64,000 bases of DNA, from assembly GCA_021513695.1 (NCBI GenBank), contig CP084166.1, positions 1,440,001-1,504,000 of the forward strand, written 5' to 3'. The stretch comes from Candidatus Heimdallarchaeum aukensis. Lineage in GTDB: Archaea; Asgardarchaeota; Heimdallarchaeia; Heimdallarchaeales; Heimdallarchaeaceae. Below the pieces are notes generated by a model that did not search any database, was not told where the DNA came from, and saw only the letters and a program-made list of their open reading frames with translations. Shown one piece after another: positions 36,575 to 46,358 of the stretch (the stretch's first letter is position 1; each line of letters opens with the position of its first letter). The translations under genes and the position numbers were made by a program.

Positions 36575-37504
36575 ATGAAGTATGGAATAATTATCCACGG
36601 AGGAGCTTGGGATATTCCTGATAACTTTGTTGATAACCATTTGGATGGAATAAATAACGCTTTAAAACTAGGTTATTCACTTCTTGAAGATAATAATAAT
36701 GCCATTGATATTGCTGAAAAAGTAGTTGTTTTGTTAGAAAATGACCCTACATTTGATGCTGGAAAAGGTTCTTTTTTAAATGCTTTAGGTAAGGTCGAGA
36801 TGGATGCAATAATAGCTACAGATGACTATAAAATTGGTTCTGTTGCAGCCCTAAATAATTATTCTAATCCTATAAAAATTGCAAGAGCGATATATGATTT
36901 TGATGGGGCAGTAATGTTAGTTGGAGAAGGAGCAAAAATTTTTGCTGAGCAGCTTGGGTTCCAACAATGCAAAGTTGAAGATTTACTTGTAGGGAGAGAA
37001 CTTGAGAGATACTTAAAGATAAAAAAAGACGCTACTTTTGTCCCAAAAGATGCTTTTAGACGTAAAACGAGAGGGACTGTTGGTGCAGTTGTTCTAGACA
37101 AAAAAGGGAGAATGGCTGTGGCAGTCTCAACAGGAGGAACACCAAAAAAACCTCCAGGAAGAGTAGGAGATACGCCATTATTTGGAGCAGGAGCATATAT
37201 AGAAAAAGACAAACTAGGTGTTGCTGCGACTGGATACGGTGAAGACCTAATTAAAGCTCTAATCTCGAAGAGGGTGCTAGACTTTTTTGACAGAGGGCTT
37301 TCTCCTCTAGAATCAACAGAACAAGCAATATCTTTTCTTTCTAAAAATGTTCAAGGATTAGGCGGAGTCATTGCTTTAGGAAAAAAGGGAGTAGGGTTAG
37401 CTTTTAATACCCCAAGAATGGCTTTCGGTGTTCAAACAGACGAAATTGATAGCTTTATTGGTATTAATCAAAAAGACAAAGAAGAACTATCGAAACAGCT
37501 GTAG
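36575..37504 (+). CDS. Isoaspartyl peptidase / L-asparaginase (Ntn-hydrolase, plant-type asparaginase family)
   Basis: 'YGIIIHGGAW', nucleophile Thr in 'RGTVGAVVLDKKGRMAVAVSTGG', and 'GAGAYIE...GVAATGYGE'. Confidence 0.85.
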   Translation: MKYGIIIHGGAWDIPDNFVDNHLDGINNALKLGYSLLEDNNNAIDIAEKVVVLLENDPTFDAGKGSFLNALGKVEMDAIIATDDYKIGSVAALNNYSNPIKIARAIYDFDGAVMLVGEGAKIFAEQLGFQQCKVEDLLVGRELERYLKIKKDATFVPKDAFRRKTRGTVGAVVLDKKGRMAVAVSTGGTPKKPPGRVGDTPLFGAGAYIEKDKLGVAATGYGEDLIKALISKRVLDFFDRGLSPLESTEQAISFLSKNVQGLGGVIALGKKGVGLAFNTPRMAFGVQTDEIDSFIGINQKDKEELSKQL

Positions 37505-37569
37505 AAGAAGTGTTTTTTTATTTTAATTTTTTACAAAAAAAATAAAAAAGACTTTCTCAACTCGTTGTT

Positions 37570-38367
37570 GTGAAAGAATTAACATTAATTTCTTGGAATG
37601 TCAATGGTATTAGGTCTTTATCAAAAAAAGTAGTTTACAAAAACATGAGTTTCAGAGAATGGGTACAATTTTACTCTCCACACATCATTTGCATACAAGA
37701 AACTAAAGCTTCTCAAGAACAAGTCCCTGCTTCAATAAGTATGATCCCAGGTTATCATACATATTGGAGTTCAGCAGTGAGGAAAGGATATAGCGGAGTC
37801 TTAACCTATACTAAAGCTAGAGCTAGAAGTGTAAATAAAAACCTAGGAATCGAGAAATTCGATATTGAAGGGAGAATGCTAGAAACAGAATTTAAACACT
37901 TTGTACTCTTTAATGTTTATTTTCCAAATGGGAAGAGTAGTAAAGAAAGATTAGATTACAAGATGGAATTCTATGATGTCTTCTTGGAGTATATAGAAAA
38001 AGTAAGAAGTAAAGGGAAACCAATTATTGTTTGTGGTGATGTAAATACTGCACATAAAGAGATAGATTTAGCAAGACCAAAGGAAAATGAAACAATTTCT
38101 GGATTTTTACCTCAAGAAAGAGAATGGATTACAAAACTTATAGACCACGGTTATTATGATACATTTAGATTAATCAACGGAGACATACCAAACAAGTACT
38201 CATGGTGGAGTATGAGAACTAGAGCTCGAGAAAGAAATGTAGGATGGAGAATAGATTATTTCTTCGTCTCTGAAGAGTTAAAAGATTCAGTAACTGACGC
38301 CTTTATTTTAGATGAGATTTATGGTTCTGACCACTGTCCAATCGGAATAAAGATAAATGTACCATAG
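37570..38367 (+). CDS. xth: Exodeoxyribonuclease III (AP endonuclease, Xth family)
   Basis: 'LISWNVNGIRS', 'ICIQETK', 'GDVNTAHKEIDL', 'RIDYFFVS', 'GSDHCPI'. GTG start. Confidence 0.9.
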   Translation: MKELTLISWNVNGIRSLSKKVVYKNMSFREWVQFYSPHIICIQETKASQEQVPASISMIPGYHTYWSSAVRKGYSGVLTYTKARARSVNKNLGIEKFDIEGRMLETEFKHFVLFNVYFPNGKSSKERLDYKMEFYDVFLEYIEKVRSKGKPIIVCGDVNTAHKEIDLARPKENETISGFLPQEREWITKLIDHGYYDTFRLINGDIPNKYSWWSMRTRARERNVGWRIDYFFVSEELKDSVTDAFILDEIYGSDHCPIGIKINVP

Positions 38368-38388
38368 TTTGAAGAAGGAAAAAGAGTT

Positions 38389-39483
38389 CTAAAATTCATT
38401 TCCGAATTTTCTTTTTGCTGCCTCAACTAATCCCACAGGACCAGTCATCATAACATCTCCCGAAGGAGAGGCAAAGTGAACAGGTATTAAAGCTTTTTCT
38501 AAAAGTTTTCTTTTTGGTCCTGTGGCTGCTACAATTTCTATTTCTTCCCAACTTATATTATTATCAAGGTAAACTACTCCATGTCCACCTTCATTGAAAA
38601 CGGTTTCGTTTTTCAGTTTCCCATTAGAGAGAGCTATTATCTCATTTACTAGTTTTTCAGTTGAGAGCATATGTGTGTGATGCTCCATTATTGCTTTAAT
38701 TTCGTTGTCGTAGATGACTGTTACCATTGTATGTGAGTTTCCCACATCCATAGCAACAACTTTCCTTTTAGAAGTAACTATTGGATCATTTATTGCCCCC
38801 AGAATAGCTGCTGCAGAAGTGTCCATTACTAAAGATCCAAAATTGGTTTGATGTTTTTTATTATAATTTTGTATTTCTCTCACCACAGAACGCATTCTTA
38901 AGAAAGAATTAGGAATTTCATTTTCCAAGAAAGCTAGTGTCCAAGGGTTTGGAGAATCATTTAGAATCTCCTCTATTAGTTTTACTCTAAATTTTCTATC
39001 ACTTACTCCTACTGGCGCTTTTCCGTGGTCAAGTACTGCTACAGCAATTGTTTCTATATCAGAAAAATGTTCTTCAGCTGTTGAGAGAAGAGAAAAGATT
39101 TCTTCCAAAAAGACTTCATATAAACAAATATTTTCAATTCCAGAGAGATGCGATATTGTTTCAACATCTGAAAAAACATTTACTCCGAGAGCTTTAACTT
39201 CTTCTATTTTATTTCTAATACTTAAAGCTGTATTAACGCTCATATACACCTTATGACCATTTTTAATATGATTCTTAATAGCTTTTGTAAACGCTCCCCC
39301 ACCTATTGTTTCTCCGTAAATAACTAGATCCCTTCCCTTTTCTGTAACCTTTTTTATTTTCTTCGCAAAAATTTGTGTTGGTGATGGAAGAACTAATTTA
39401 ATGTTATTTTCTATGTTTTTTTCAGGATCATATAGTAGAATATCTTGTGTTCCTGCTCCAATATCAATTGCTAGAATTTTCAT
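38389..39483 (-). CDS. ASKHA-superfamily ATPase-domain protein (DUF1786-like)
   Basis: N-terminal 'MKILAIDIGAGTQDILLYD' (phosphate-1 loop of an acetate/sugar-kinase-like fold) and a second 'VAMDVGNSHT'-type phosphate-2 segment. Confidence 0.45.
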   Translation of the reverse strand: MKILAIDIGAGTQDILLYDPEKNIENNIKLVLPSPTQIFAKKIKKVTEKGRDLVIYGETIGGGAFTKAIKNHIKNGHKVYMSVNTALSIRNKIEEVKALGVNVFSDVETISHLSGIENICLYEVFLEEIFSLLSTAEEHFSDIETIAVAVLDHGKAPVGVSDRKFRVKLIEEILNDSPNPWTLAFLENEIPNSFLRMRSVVREIQNYNKKHQTNFGSLVMDTSAAAILGAINDPIVTSKRKVVAMDVGNSHTMVTVIYDNEIKAIMEHHTHMLSTEKLVNEIIALSNGKLKNETVFNEGGHGVVYLDNNISWEEIEIVAATGPKRKLLEKALIPVHFASPSGDVMMTGPVGLVEAAKRKFGNEF

Positions 39484-39579
39484 TAAAAACTCTCTCCAAC
39501 TTTTCAGATGGACATCTTTTCTCCACTATATTTAAAAACAACTTGGTATATGTATCATAAACACATTGGAGAGATAAAT

Positions 39580-40833
39580 ATGGGAACAATTTATGATGGT
39601 TTAGAGGAAATCGGTCCTCATTTTGAACTTAGTGAAACTCATAAAATGGTTAGGCAAAGTGTAAGAGAGTTTGCTGAAAAAGAGATTGCCCCTTATGTAA
39701 AAGAGTGGGATCAAGCACATGAATTTCATAAGCCAATACTAAAGAAAATGGCTGAACAAGGAATTCTGGGTATTTCCTTACCAGTAAAGTATGGAGGAGG
39801 AGGACTAGATTATATATCACTAGCTATTGCTTGTGAAGAACTTGAAAGAATTGACACGGCAATGAGAGTAATTTTGTCTGTCCATAATGGATTGTGCTCT
39901 TTGACCATTTTCCAGTGGGGAAATAAAGAGCAAAAAGAAAAATACTTGCCTAAACTTGCAACGGGAGAAGTCATTGGAACTTTCGGATTGACAGAACCAG
40001 CTGCTGGAAGTGACCCTGCAGGTATAAAATCTCGATGCAGAAAAGAAGGAGACGAATGGGTTATAAGTGGAGAAAAAATGTGGATATCCTACACAAATTC
40101 ATCAGATGTTTTTCTAATTTTTGCATATGAGGAAGACGTCAAACATAAAGGTATGAGAGCTTTTATCGTTGAAAGAGATTTTGGAGGATTAACTACTGGT
40201 AATATCGAACACAAGATGGGAGTCCGTGCTGGAGAAACAGGATGGATACATCTTGATGAAGTTAGAGTTCCTGCCGAAAATCTATTAGGCGAAGCTGAAG
40301 AAGGATTTAAGATTGCAATGTCTGCATTAGATTGGGGAAGATATACTGTAGGAGCTGGAGCTGTAGGTGCTGCTAAAGCCTCACTTGAAGCTTCTGTTGC
40401 TTATGCAAATGAGAGAGAAACATTTGGAAAGAAAATTGGACAGCACCAATTCATTCAAGGAATGATTGCTGATATGGTTGCTGATATCGAAGCAGCTGAA
40501 TTATTAATTTGGAAAGCTGGCTGGGTGAAAAATCAAGGTAAAATTAATACAAGAGAAACAGCCCTATCGAAGTGGTATGCTACTAACGCCGCAGTTAGAT
40601 GTGCAGATAGAGCAATACAAATTCATGGAGCATATGGATTCTGTGATGATTACCCTGTAGCTCGTTATTATAGAAACGTAAGAGGAGCAACAATCTATGA
40701 AGGAAGCAATGAAATACAGAAAATAATTCAAGCTAGATATGCTCTTGGATACTTCAAAGACAAACCTTTACGCTGCATGCCTCCTAAGTATGATCCTGAA
40801 GAATGGATGAATCCAGATACTGATAAATACTAA
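39580..40833 (+). CDS. Acyl-CoA dehydrogenase (short/medium-chain type) with ~35-aa C-terminal extension
   Basis: 'GLTEPAAGSDPAGIKS', 'GEKMWISYT', and catalytic-base region 'IYEGSNEIQKIIQARYALG'. Start taken at the ATG at 39580 ('MGTIYDGLEE'). Confidence 0.85.
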   Translation: MGTIYDGLEEIGPHFELSETHKMVRQSVREFAEKEIAPYVKEWDQAHEFHKPILKKMAEQGILGISLPVKYGGGGLDYISLAIACEELERIDTAMRVILSVHNGLCSLTIFQWGNKEQKEKYLPKLATGEVIGTFGLTEPAAGSDPAGIKSRCRKEGDEWVISGEKMWISYTNSSDVFLIFAYEEDVKHKGMRAFIVERDFGGLTTGNIEHKMGVRAGETGWIHLDEVRVPAENLLGEAEEGFKIAMSALDWGRYTVGAGAVGAAKASLEASVAYANERETFGKKIGQHQFIQGMIADMVADIEAAELLIWKAGWVKNQGKINTRETALSKWYATNAAVRCADRAIQIHGAYGFCDDYPVARYYRNVRGATIYEGSNEIQKIIQARYALGYFKDKPLRCMPPKYDPEEWMNPDTDKY

Positions 40834-40896
40834 TTTAAATTTTTATTTTTTTCACAAAAAGATTAAATACCCTTTTTTATTTTTTTAAATACTACA

Positions 40897-41544
40897 ATGT
40901 TAGAAGGATACTTTGCCTATATCTTTGATTTTAAGGAGAAAAGAATATGTGAAATTTTAAAATCAAACTCTGAAATATTCTCGAAACATATTCAATATTT
41001 AAAGAATGTAAAAGAGTTGGGAAAGTTACAAATTGCTGGAATAACACAACAAAAAGAAAAAGAGATAATTTTGCTTAATGTGCAAGATGAAAAGCTAGCA
41101 GAAGCAATCTTTTTGAATGATCCTTTAAGAAAATCCAACTTTTTTTGCTCATATTTTTATCGAGCAAATATCTCACATCAATCAATATCTTTTTTATGTA
41201 AACACAATAAAGACAGTAAAGAAGAGGAAATTTTAGAGAATTATAAAAAAACAAAAACAAAGTTTTTTTTAAGTTTTTTTAGAAAAAATAGGAATATTCC
41301 AAGTAGTTCTGTTATTACACAGCTAGATATATTGCATGAGCATCATGAGTATGTGAAGAAAAAGATTCTTTCTAATAAGTTCATAATAACAGGTTTAATT
41401 AATGATGAAAAAATTGGAAATATTATTCTTATATATGCTGAAGATATCGATGAAGCTACTTTACTTTTAAAAAATGACCCCATAATTTCCAAGAAACTTT
41501 TCAATTTTGAAGTATATCCATTTAATATTTTACTAGTTGGATAA
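40897..41544 (+). CDS. Tandem YciI-like (Dabb-fold) domain protein
   Basis: N-terminal domain 'GYFAYIFDFKE...HIQYLKNVKELGKLQIAGI...NDPLRKS', C-terminal domain '...IITGLINDEKIGNIILIYAEDIDEATLLLKNDPIISKKLFNFEVYPF'. Both match the YciI pattern (..H..yl..l...G.l...Gp...DPf). Confidence 0.4.
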   Translation: MLEGYFAYIFDFKEKRICEILKSNSEIFSKHIQYLKNVKELGKLQIAGITQQKEKEIILLNVQDEKLAEAIFLNDPLRKSNFFCSYFYRANISHQSISFLCKHNKDSKEEEILENYKKTKTKFFLSFFRKNRNIPSSSVITQLDILHEHHEYVKKKILSNKFIITGLINDEKIGNIILIYAEDIDEATLLLKNDPIISKKLFNFEVYPFNILLVG

Positions 41545-41561
41545 AAACAGAATAGAACGCA

Positions 41562-42845
41562 TTATTTATCAACAATACGTTCTTTACCCACTAATGGAAT
41601 TAGAAAGATAATTGGAATAAGACCTAAAATGTAAATTCCTCCAGTTACTAGGAAGTTTAATCGAAAATTATAAGGTTCAACATCACCAACTAGATATCCA
41701 CCAATAACAGCACTTACATTCCAAAATAGACCCCATGCAATTGCTTCAAGACTATTCCATTTCGCTCTATTCTTTTTGTTAACAACATCCATTAAAATTG
41801 ATCTTGAGAGCGGTTGTCCAGCGTTCATCAATGACCCCCTAGCGATGAAGATTGGTATTAAAATATATAAAGGAGGATATATTGCTATAACAAACAGACA
41901 TATAGTTGCAATTAATTGGAAAAGGAATAGTGCTTCTGCTCTCCCTTTTTTCAGTGAGTATTTTTGTGCTAATAAAGCTGATAAACCTGTAAAAATAGCT
42001 GTTAACCCCATTATAATTTGCACTGAAATAGGAGGAAGTTCATATTGTTTCAAGAAAAATATGGGAAAGAATTTTATAGTCATTCCTGCACCAAAACCGA
42101 TAATAACATTACTTGCTACAAGTAAAATAGGAATTAACTTAATTGCTTTTTCAGCTGATAGAGGTAATCCAACTCCGTTTCTCTTTACCTCTTTTTGGGT
42201 TAATTCTTCAGGTATTGATTCACTTTCTTTGCCTAAACTTTTCTTATCACTGAAAAGGAATAATAGAATTATTGACAATGCAGAAAAACTCATTCCCAGT
42301 ATCATAACATTCTTCAAAATCGATAGTTCCCACTCGTTTCCGAATATTAAAAACAAGAAAACATTGAAAAATGGTCCTATTGCAGATGAAATTTGTCTTG
42401 CTAAATGTAACCAAGAATAAATTTTGGTTCTAGTTCCTGATTCTAGTGAATCAGCTATTAAAGCTTCTAAAGAAGGCCTAGTTAATGCTTGATACAAACC
42501 CCATAAAGAAAGTGCAACAAAAACATATATGATATTATTTCCAATTATAATAAGTAGTAGACCAATTAAACCAGCTAAGGCTGCAGATTTAAGCAAAATA
42601 TCTCTTCTAAAACGATCTGCTAAAAATCCAGAAGGAAAAACAAAAATTGTCATAGTGATTCCTGTTGCAGCAGATGTCCAGCCCAACAATTTATTAGACT
42701 CTGAAGTAAGAAAGAATATGTAGGCTGATAGAACATTTGACATCCATATTCCACGACCGAAACTTTGTAGAATACTATATCCAAATGCAAGCTTGATATT
42801 CGGATTCATTTTTCGAACTATTTCTGAGAAAGTCATTGATACCAC
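41562..42845 (-). CDS. MFS-family transporter
   Basis: 427 aa with 12 predicted TM helices and the 'GFLADRFRRD'-type MFS loop motif. Confidence 0.75.
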   Translation of the reverse strand: MVSMTFSEIVRKMNPNIKLAFGYSILQSFGRGIWMSNVLSAYIFFLTSESNKLLGWTSAATGITMTIFVFPSGFLADRFRRDILLKSAALAGLIGLLLIIIGNNIIYVFVALSLWGLYQALTRPSLEALIADSLESGTRTKIYSWLHLARQISSAIGPFFNVFLFLIFGNEWELSILKNVMILGMSFSALSIILLFLFSDKKSLGKESESIPEELTQKEVKRNGVGLPLSAEKAIKLIPILLVASNVIIGFGAGMTIKFFPIFFLKQYELPPISVQIIMGLTAIFTGLSALLAQKYSLKKGRAEALFLFQLIATICLFVIAIYPPLYILIPIFIARGSLMNAGQPLSRSILMDVVNKKNRAKWNSLEAIAWGLFWNVSAVIGGYLVGDVEPYNFRLNFLVTGGIYILGLIPIIFLIPLVGKERIVDK

Positions 42846-42919
42846 AGTTTTCTATTTCGTCAGCTATTGTTAAATAAAATCTTTTAACTCTTTTAAAAAT
42901 TAATCGAAACGAACAAAAA

Positions 42920-44587
42920 TCATTTGTGAGAAAAAATCACATTAACTTCAGGTTCTTTAGAATCGATTCGTCCATAACCGACCCGCTCAAGTTGAATAAT
43001 CTCTCCAACAGGATAGTTCTGAATAGTTGGCTCTGCATAACCTTTGACAGTGATTAGTTTCTTTCCTTCAGGAATTATAAGATTCATCTTAACAAAGTCT
43101 GATGGCACCCATTGAATTACCTCTGTTCCTTTTTCAAACACTTCTGTTAGGAATTTTGCTTTATATTCTTCTCCTTCTTTTTTAATTTCTATTGTATAAA
43201 GATCCTTTAGACGCAACTTACCTTCATGTAAATCATCTTTAGCTAACCATATAACTCCATTAGTCTTTATTTTTCTTTTACCTAGTTTCTCATTTTTTGG
43301 ATGAACAGGAATTTCTGCTTCCTTCTCAGGAGCTCCTTCAACTATCAATTTTATGGGGTCAGCAACAAAAAAACAACGTTTTGCGATTGGATCAATAAGT
43401 TTCTTATTAGTTCCTGAAATATGTTTATAATCCAAATTAGTCTCAGCAAGAGAAATACCCACATTAATTGCTAATAATTTAAACGTTTCAGGATTTATAC
43501 CTCTTCTAAGTAACGCACGAATAGTCATTAGACGAGGATCATCCCAAGTAGTATTTTCTTCCTGAATTAATTTTCTTATTTCTCTACCAGAAGTTAATCC
43601 TCCAATGATATTTACTCTGCTGTAGTGAATAATTTCAGGGTTTTTTATGCCTAAAAGACTTCTAATATGATTTTGTAAAGGAGTTCGTTGAAGAAATTCT
43701 GCTCCTCGCAAAACATGTGTAACATTTAACCCATCTTCTATTGCAACTGCAAAGTCGTAAGAAGGCCAAACTCTATATTTTCTCCCTTGTAATGGGTGTT
43801 CTGCATCTATTATTCTAAAAATGGTAGGGTCTCGAAGGAGTGGATCTTTGTCTTTCATATTTCCTTTTAATCGAATAATAAATTCTCCCTCTTTTACATC
43901 GGCATGCATCGCCTTCCAAATCGAGAGATTTTCCTCTGTGCTTCTATTTCTACAAGAACATTCTTTTTCATTCCTACGTTTCTTACTTATCTCTTCTTTA
44001 CTGCATGAACAAGCATAAGCTAAATTTTCTTTAATTAGTTGCTCTCCATAGGAATAGTATTGTTCCATGTTATTTGACTCGATTATCTCTTGATCGTAAT
44101 GAATGTTGATTGCTTTCAAATCTTCTCTTATCGCATCATAATACTCTTTTTTTGGTATCTGAGGGTTGGTATCTTCAAAACGAAGAATCAATTTCCCTTT
44201 ATACTTTTGAGTGTAAAGATAGTTAATATAAAATCCAATAGCATGACCAACATGTAAATATTTACCAGGTTCTGGTGGAAGACGAGCTACAAATTTACCT
44301 TCCACAGCATTGGGTAAATCTTTCAGACTTTTTTTTCTCTTTTCTTTTTTCTCTAATAATTCAGGAGCTAAATCACGTAATTGATTTATCTGCTCTTCCA
44401 AAGTTAAAGAGTTAATTTCTGAAACAAGAGCATTAACTTTCTCAACAACTTCTTTGATATTTTTTTTAGCTTCAGGAAAAGCCCCCAAGATCTTGGGAAT
44501 GACAGATTTAGCGCTAGCTTTTCCTTTATAATCAATTGCGTTTTTAAGTACGATTTTACGAATCTCGGTATCCATTTGAATCAACAT
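42920..44587 (-). CDS. gltX: Glutamyl-tRNA synthetase (archaeal/eukaryal-type class I)
   Basis: HIGH motif 'HVGHAIGFYINY' and 'LRFEDTNP', with the archaeal GluRS N-terminal helical domain and C-terminal anticodon-binding beta-barrel. 555 aa. Confidence 0.9.
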   Translation of the reverse strand: MLIQMDTEIRKIVLKNAIDYKGKASAKSVIPKILGAFPEAKKNIKEVVEKVNALVSEINSLTLEEQINQLRDLAPELLEKKEKRKKSLKDLPNAVEGKFVARLPPEPGKYLHVGHAIGFYINYLYTQKYKGKLILRFEDTNPQIPKKEYYDAIREDLKAINIHYDQEIIESNNMEQYYSYGEQLIKENLAYACSCSKEEISKKRRNEKECSCRNRSTEENLSIWKAMHADVKEGEFIIRLKGNMKDKDPLLRDPTIFRIIDAEHPLQGRKYRVWPSYDFAVAIEDGLNVTHVLRGAEFLQRTPLQNHIRSLLGIKNPEIIHYSRVNIIGGLTSGREIRKLIQEENTTWDDPRLMTIRALLRRGINPETFKLLAINVGISLAETNLDYKHISGTNKKLIDPIAKRCFFVADPIKLIVEGAPEKEAEIPVHPKNEKLGKRKIKTNGVIWLAKDDLHEGKLRLKDLYTIEIKKEGEEYKAKFLTEVFEKGTEVIQWVPSDFVKMNLIIPEGKKLITVKGYAEPTIQNYPVGEIIQLERVGYGRIDSKEPEVNVIFSHK

Positions 44588-45067
44588 TATTACAAAACTT
44601 ATATGAACATAGATTTGAAGAGGGTTTTTAAAATTCTTGATAACATATTTTTTGAAAATAAAGAGATAATAACAAAGATTTTAGAAAAAGAAAAGTTGTA
44701 AAAAATCAAACTTTGCAAATATTTATCGATTTATATGAAGATATTTATCTATAATATTTTCAATAGCTTTTTCCATTTTTCCTTTTCCATTTCTCTCATT
44801 TCTTCTTCTTATTTTCTTTTTCTTTAATTTCAGTTTGCTTCTGCAATTTTTGAAACACCCTTTTTTCTCCTTCTGAAAATGTTAATAACCCACACCTTCC
44901 TATATGCTCTACATTATGAGAATAATATGCAGAAAATTGTATTATGATAAAGCAAAAAAGTCATTTCAACATTTTGCAAAAGGTGTAGAATATGTTCATT
45001 AAAACAGCTAAAAAAACATAATAATTTGTTCACATGTTTTATTAATTGACTCATCTACTAGTAATCA

Positions 45068-45625
45068 ATGACTGACAATAACCAAATAACAACAGAAAAA
45101 AAACAGTTTGTTCCTCGTGAAGGATCTATAGAGTATAAAATGCTTTTTGGAACACCAAAAGAACAGAAAAAAATGACTGCAAAGTTTAAATTTGCCAACA
45201 AGTTTTTTACTATTCCTCTATACAAAATTGGGATATTACCACTGTTTGGTGCAGGACAAATTTTTCTTTTACTATACACTAAAGGTCGGAAAACAGGTAA
45301 GATCAGAACTACTCCTCTTGAATATCGAAAAATGGATGGAAAAATGTATATTTTTGCTAGTAGGGGAAACAAGACAAACTGGTTAAGAAATCTAAAAACT
45401 AATCCGGATGATGTGCGAGTAAAGATTGGATTCAAAAAATTTGCTGTAGAGCCAAGAATTCTATCTGTTGAAGAAAGAGCAAAAGTGTTTTATCAATATG
45501 TAAAGAATTACCCAACTGCTTCAAAGGCCTTAATGGGATGGAATCCGAAGGAAGATAAGCTGGAAGAAACAGATTTTTCGTTTATTGCGGAACACATTCC
45601 AGTTGTACAGTTAATTAAAAAATAG
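45068..45625 (+). CDS. Deazaflavin(F420)-dependent nitroreductase (DDN/PF04075) family protein
   Basis: 'LLLYTKGRKTGKIRTTPLEYRKMDGKMYIFASRGNKTNWLRNLKTNPDDVRVKIG' matches DDN 'llltTtGRkSGkpRttPl.y...g..yvvaS.gG....WyrNL.anP.v.v'. Confidence 0.6.
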   Translation: MTDNNQITTEKKQFVPREGSIEYKMLFGTPKEQKKMTAKFKFANKFFTIPLYKIGILPLFGAGQIFLLLYTKGRKTGKIRTTPLEYRKMDGKMYIFASRGNKTNWLRNLKTNPDDVRVKIGFKKFAVEPRILSVEERAKVFYQYVKNYPTASKALMGWNPKEDKLEETDFSFIAEHIPVVQLIKK

Positions 45626-45795
45626 GTTCTAAACTTTTTTTCTGTTATAGAAGATAAGGAAAATAAAATTATTCAATCATAAGGAGGAGTATTTGATCGT
45701 TTATCCATACTTATAGACTAATATAGTCTTTTACCGATTTTATAATGTTTCCGAATTATTGTAAAAGTTAAGTGGTGAAAGGACGAAAATGATAG

Positions 45796-46305
45796 ATGAT
45801 GCTTATGAAACTCAGTGAATATACGTACAATGGGTATGATTATAAAGTAAAATATAGACATCTTGACGACATTTATTATTATAATAACTTTGATGTTGAG
45901 GATACTTGGGATGCTTATGGATATGATCAATATACTGATACTAACCTGGTTTGGCATCATTATACCCCTAGCGAAATAAATGATTTAGAACACGACGTAA
46001 AGGTTCGAAAAATTGCTAATATGATAGCAATTGGTGCTTTGGGCATAATCTTAGCAGCCTTATTAGCCCCTGCTTTTCCTATTTCTGCTGTACTCGTTAC
46101 CATTGGGTTCAGTATACTCGAGGTTCTCATCTCAGAACGATATGACCAATTAGAAGAATTTGTAGAAAATATTAAAGCAGAGAGAGGTGATGGATGGAGC
46201 GTGTATAAAATTAGGGGAGATGACGCCTATTTTGTACCAGGTAAAGAATTCTGGAAAAATCCAATAAATTCCCCAAAATTCATTAAATGTGCAAATATTG
46301 AGTAA
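45796..46305 (+). CDS. Hypothetical membrane protein (169 aa, one or two TM helices)
   Basis: ORF with TM segment 'IAIGALGIILAALLAPAFPISAVLVTIGFSIL'. Confidence 0.4.
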   Translation: MMLMKLSEYTYNGYDYKVKYRHLDDIYYYNNFDVEDTWDAYGYDQYTDTNLVWHHYTPSEINDLEHDVKVRKIANMIAIGALGIILAALLAPAFPISAVLVTIGFSILEVLISERYDQLEEFVENIKAERGDGWSVYKIRGDDAYFVPGKEFWKNPINSPKFIKCANIE

Positions 46306-46358
46306 CCATAATTTTTTATCTTTTTCACTTAAAGAAATAAATTGTGTGAGAATAACTC

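Noticed and set aside
41776-42723. ORFs 41776..42420 (+) and 42529..42723 (+) inside the MFS transporter locus
   Set aside because: Antisense to a 12-TM MFS gene; spurious translations.
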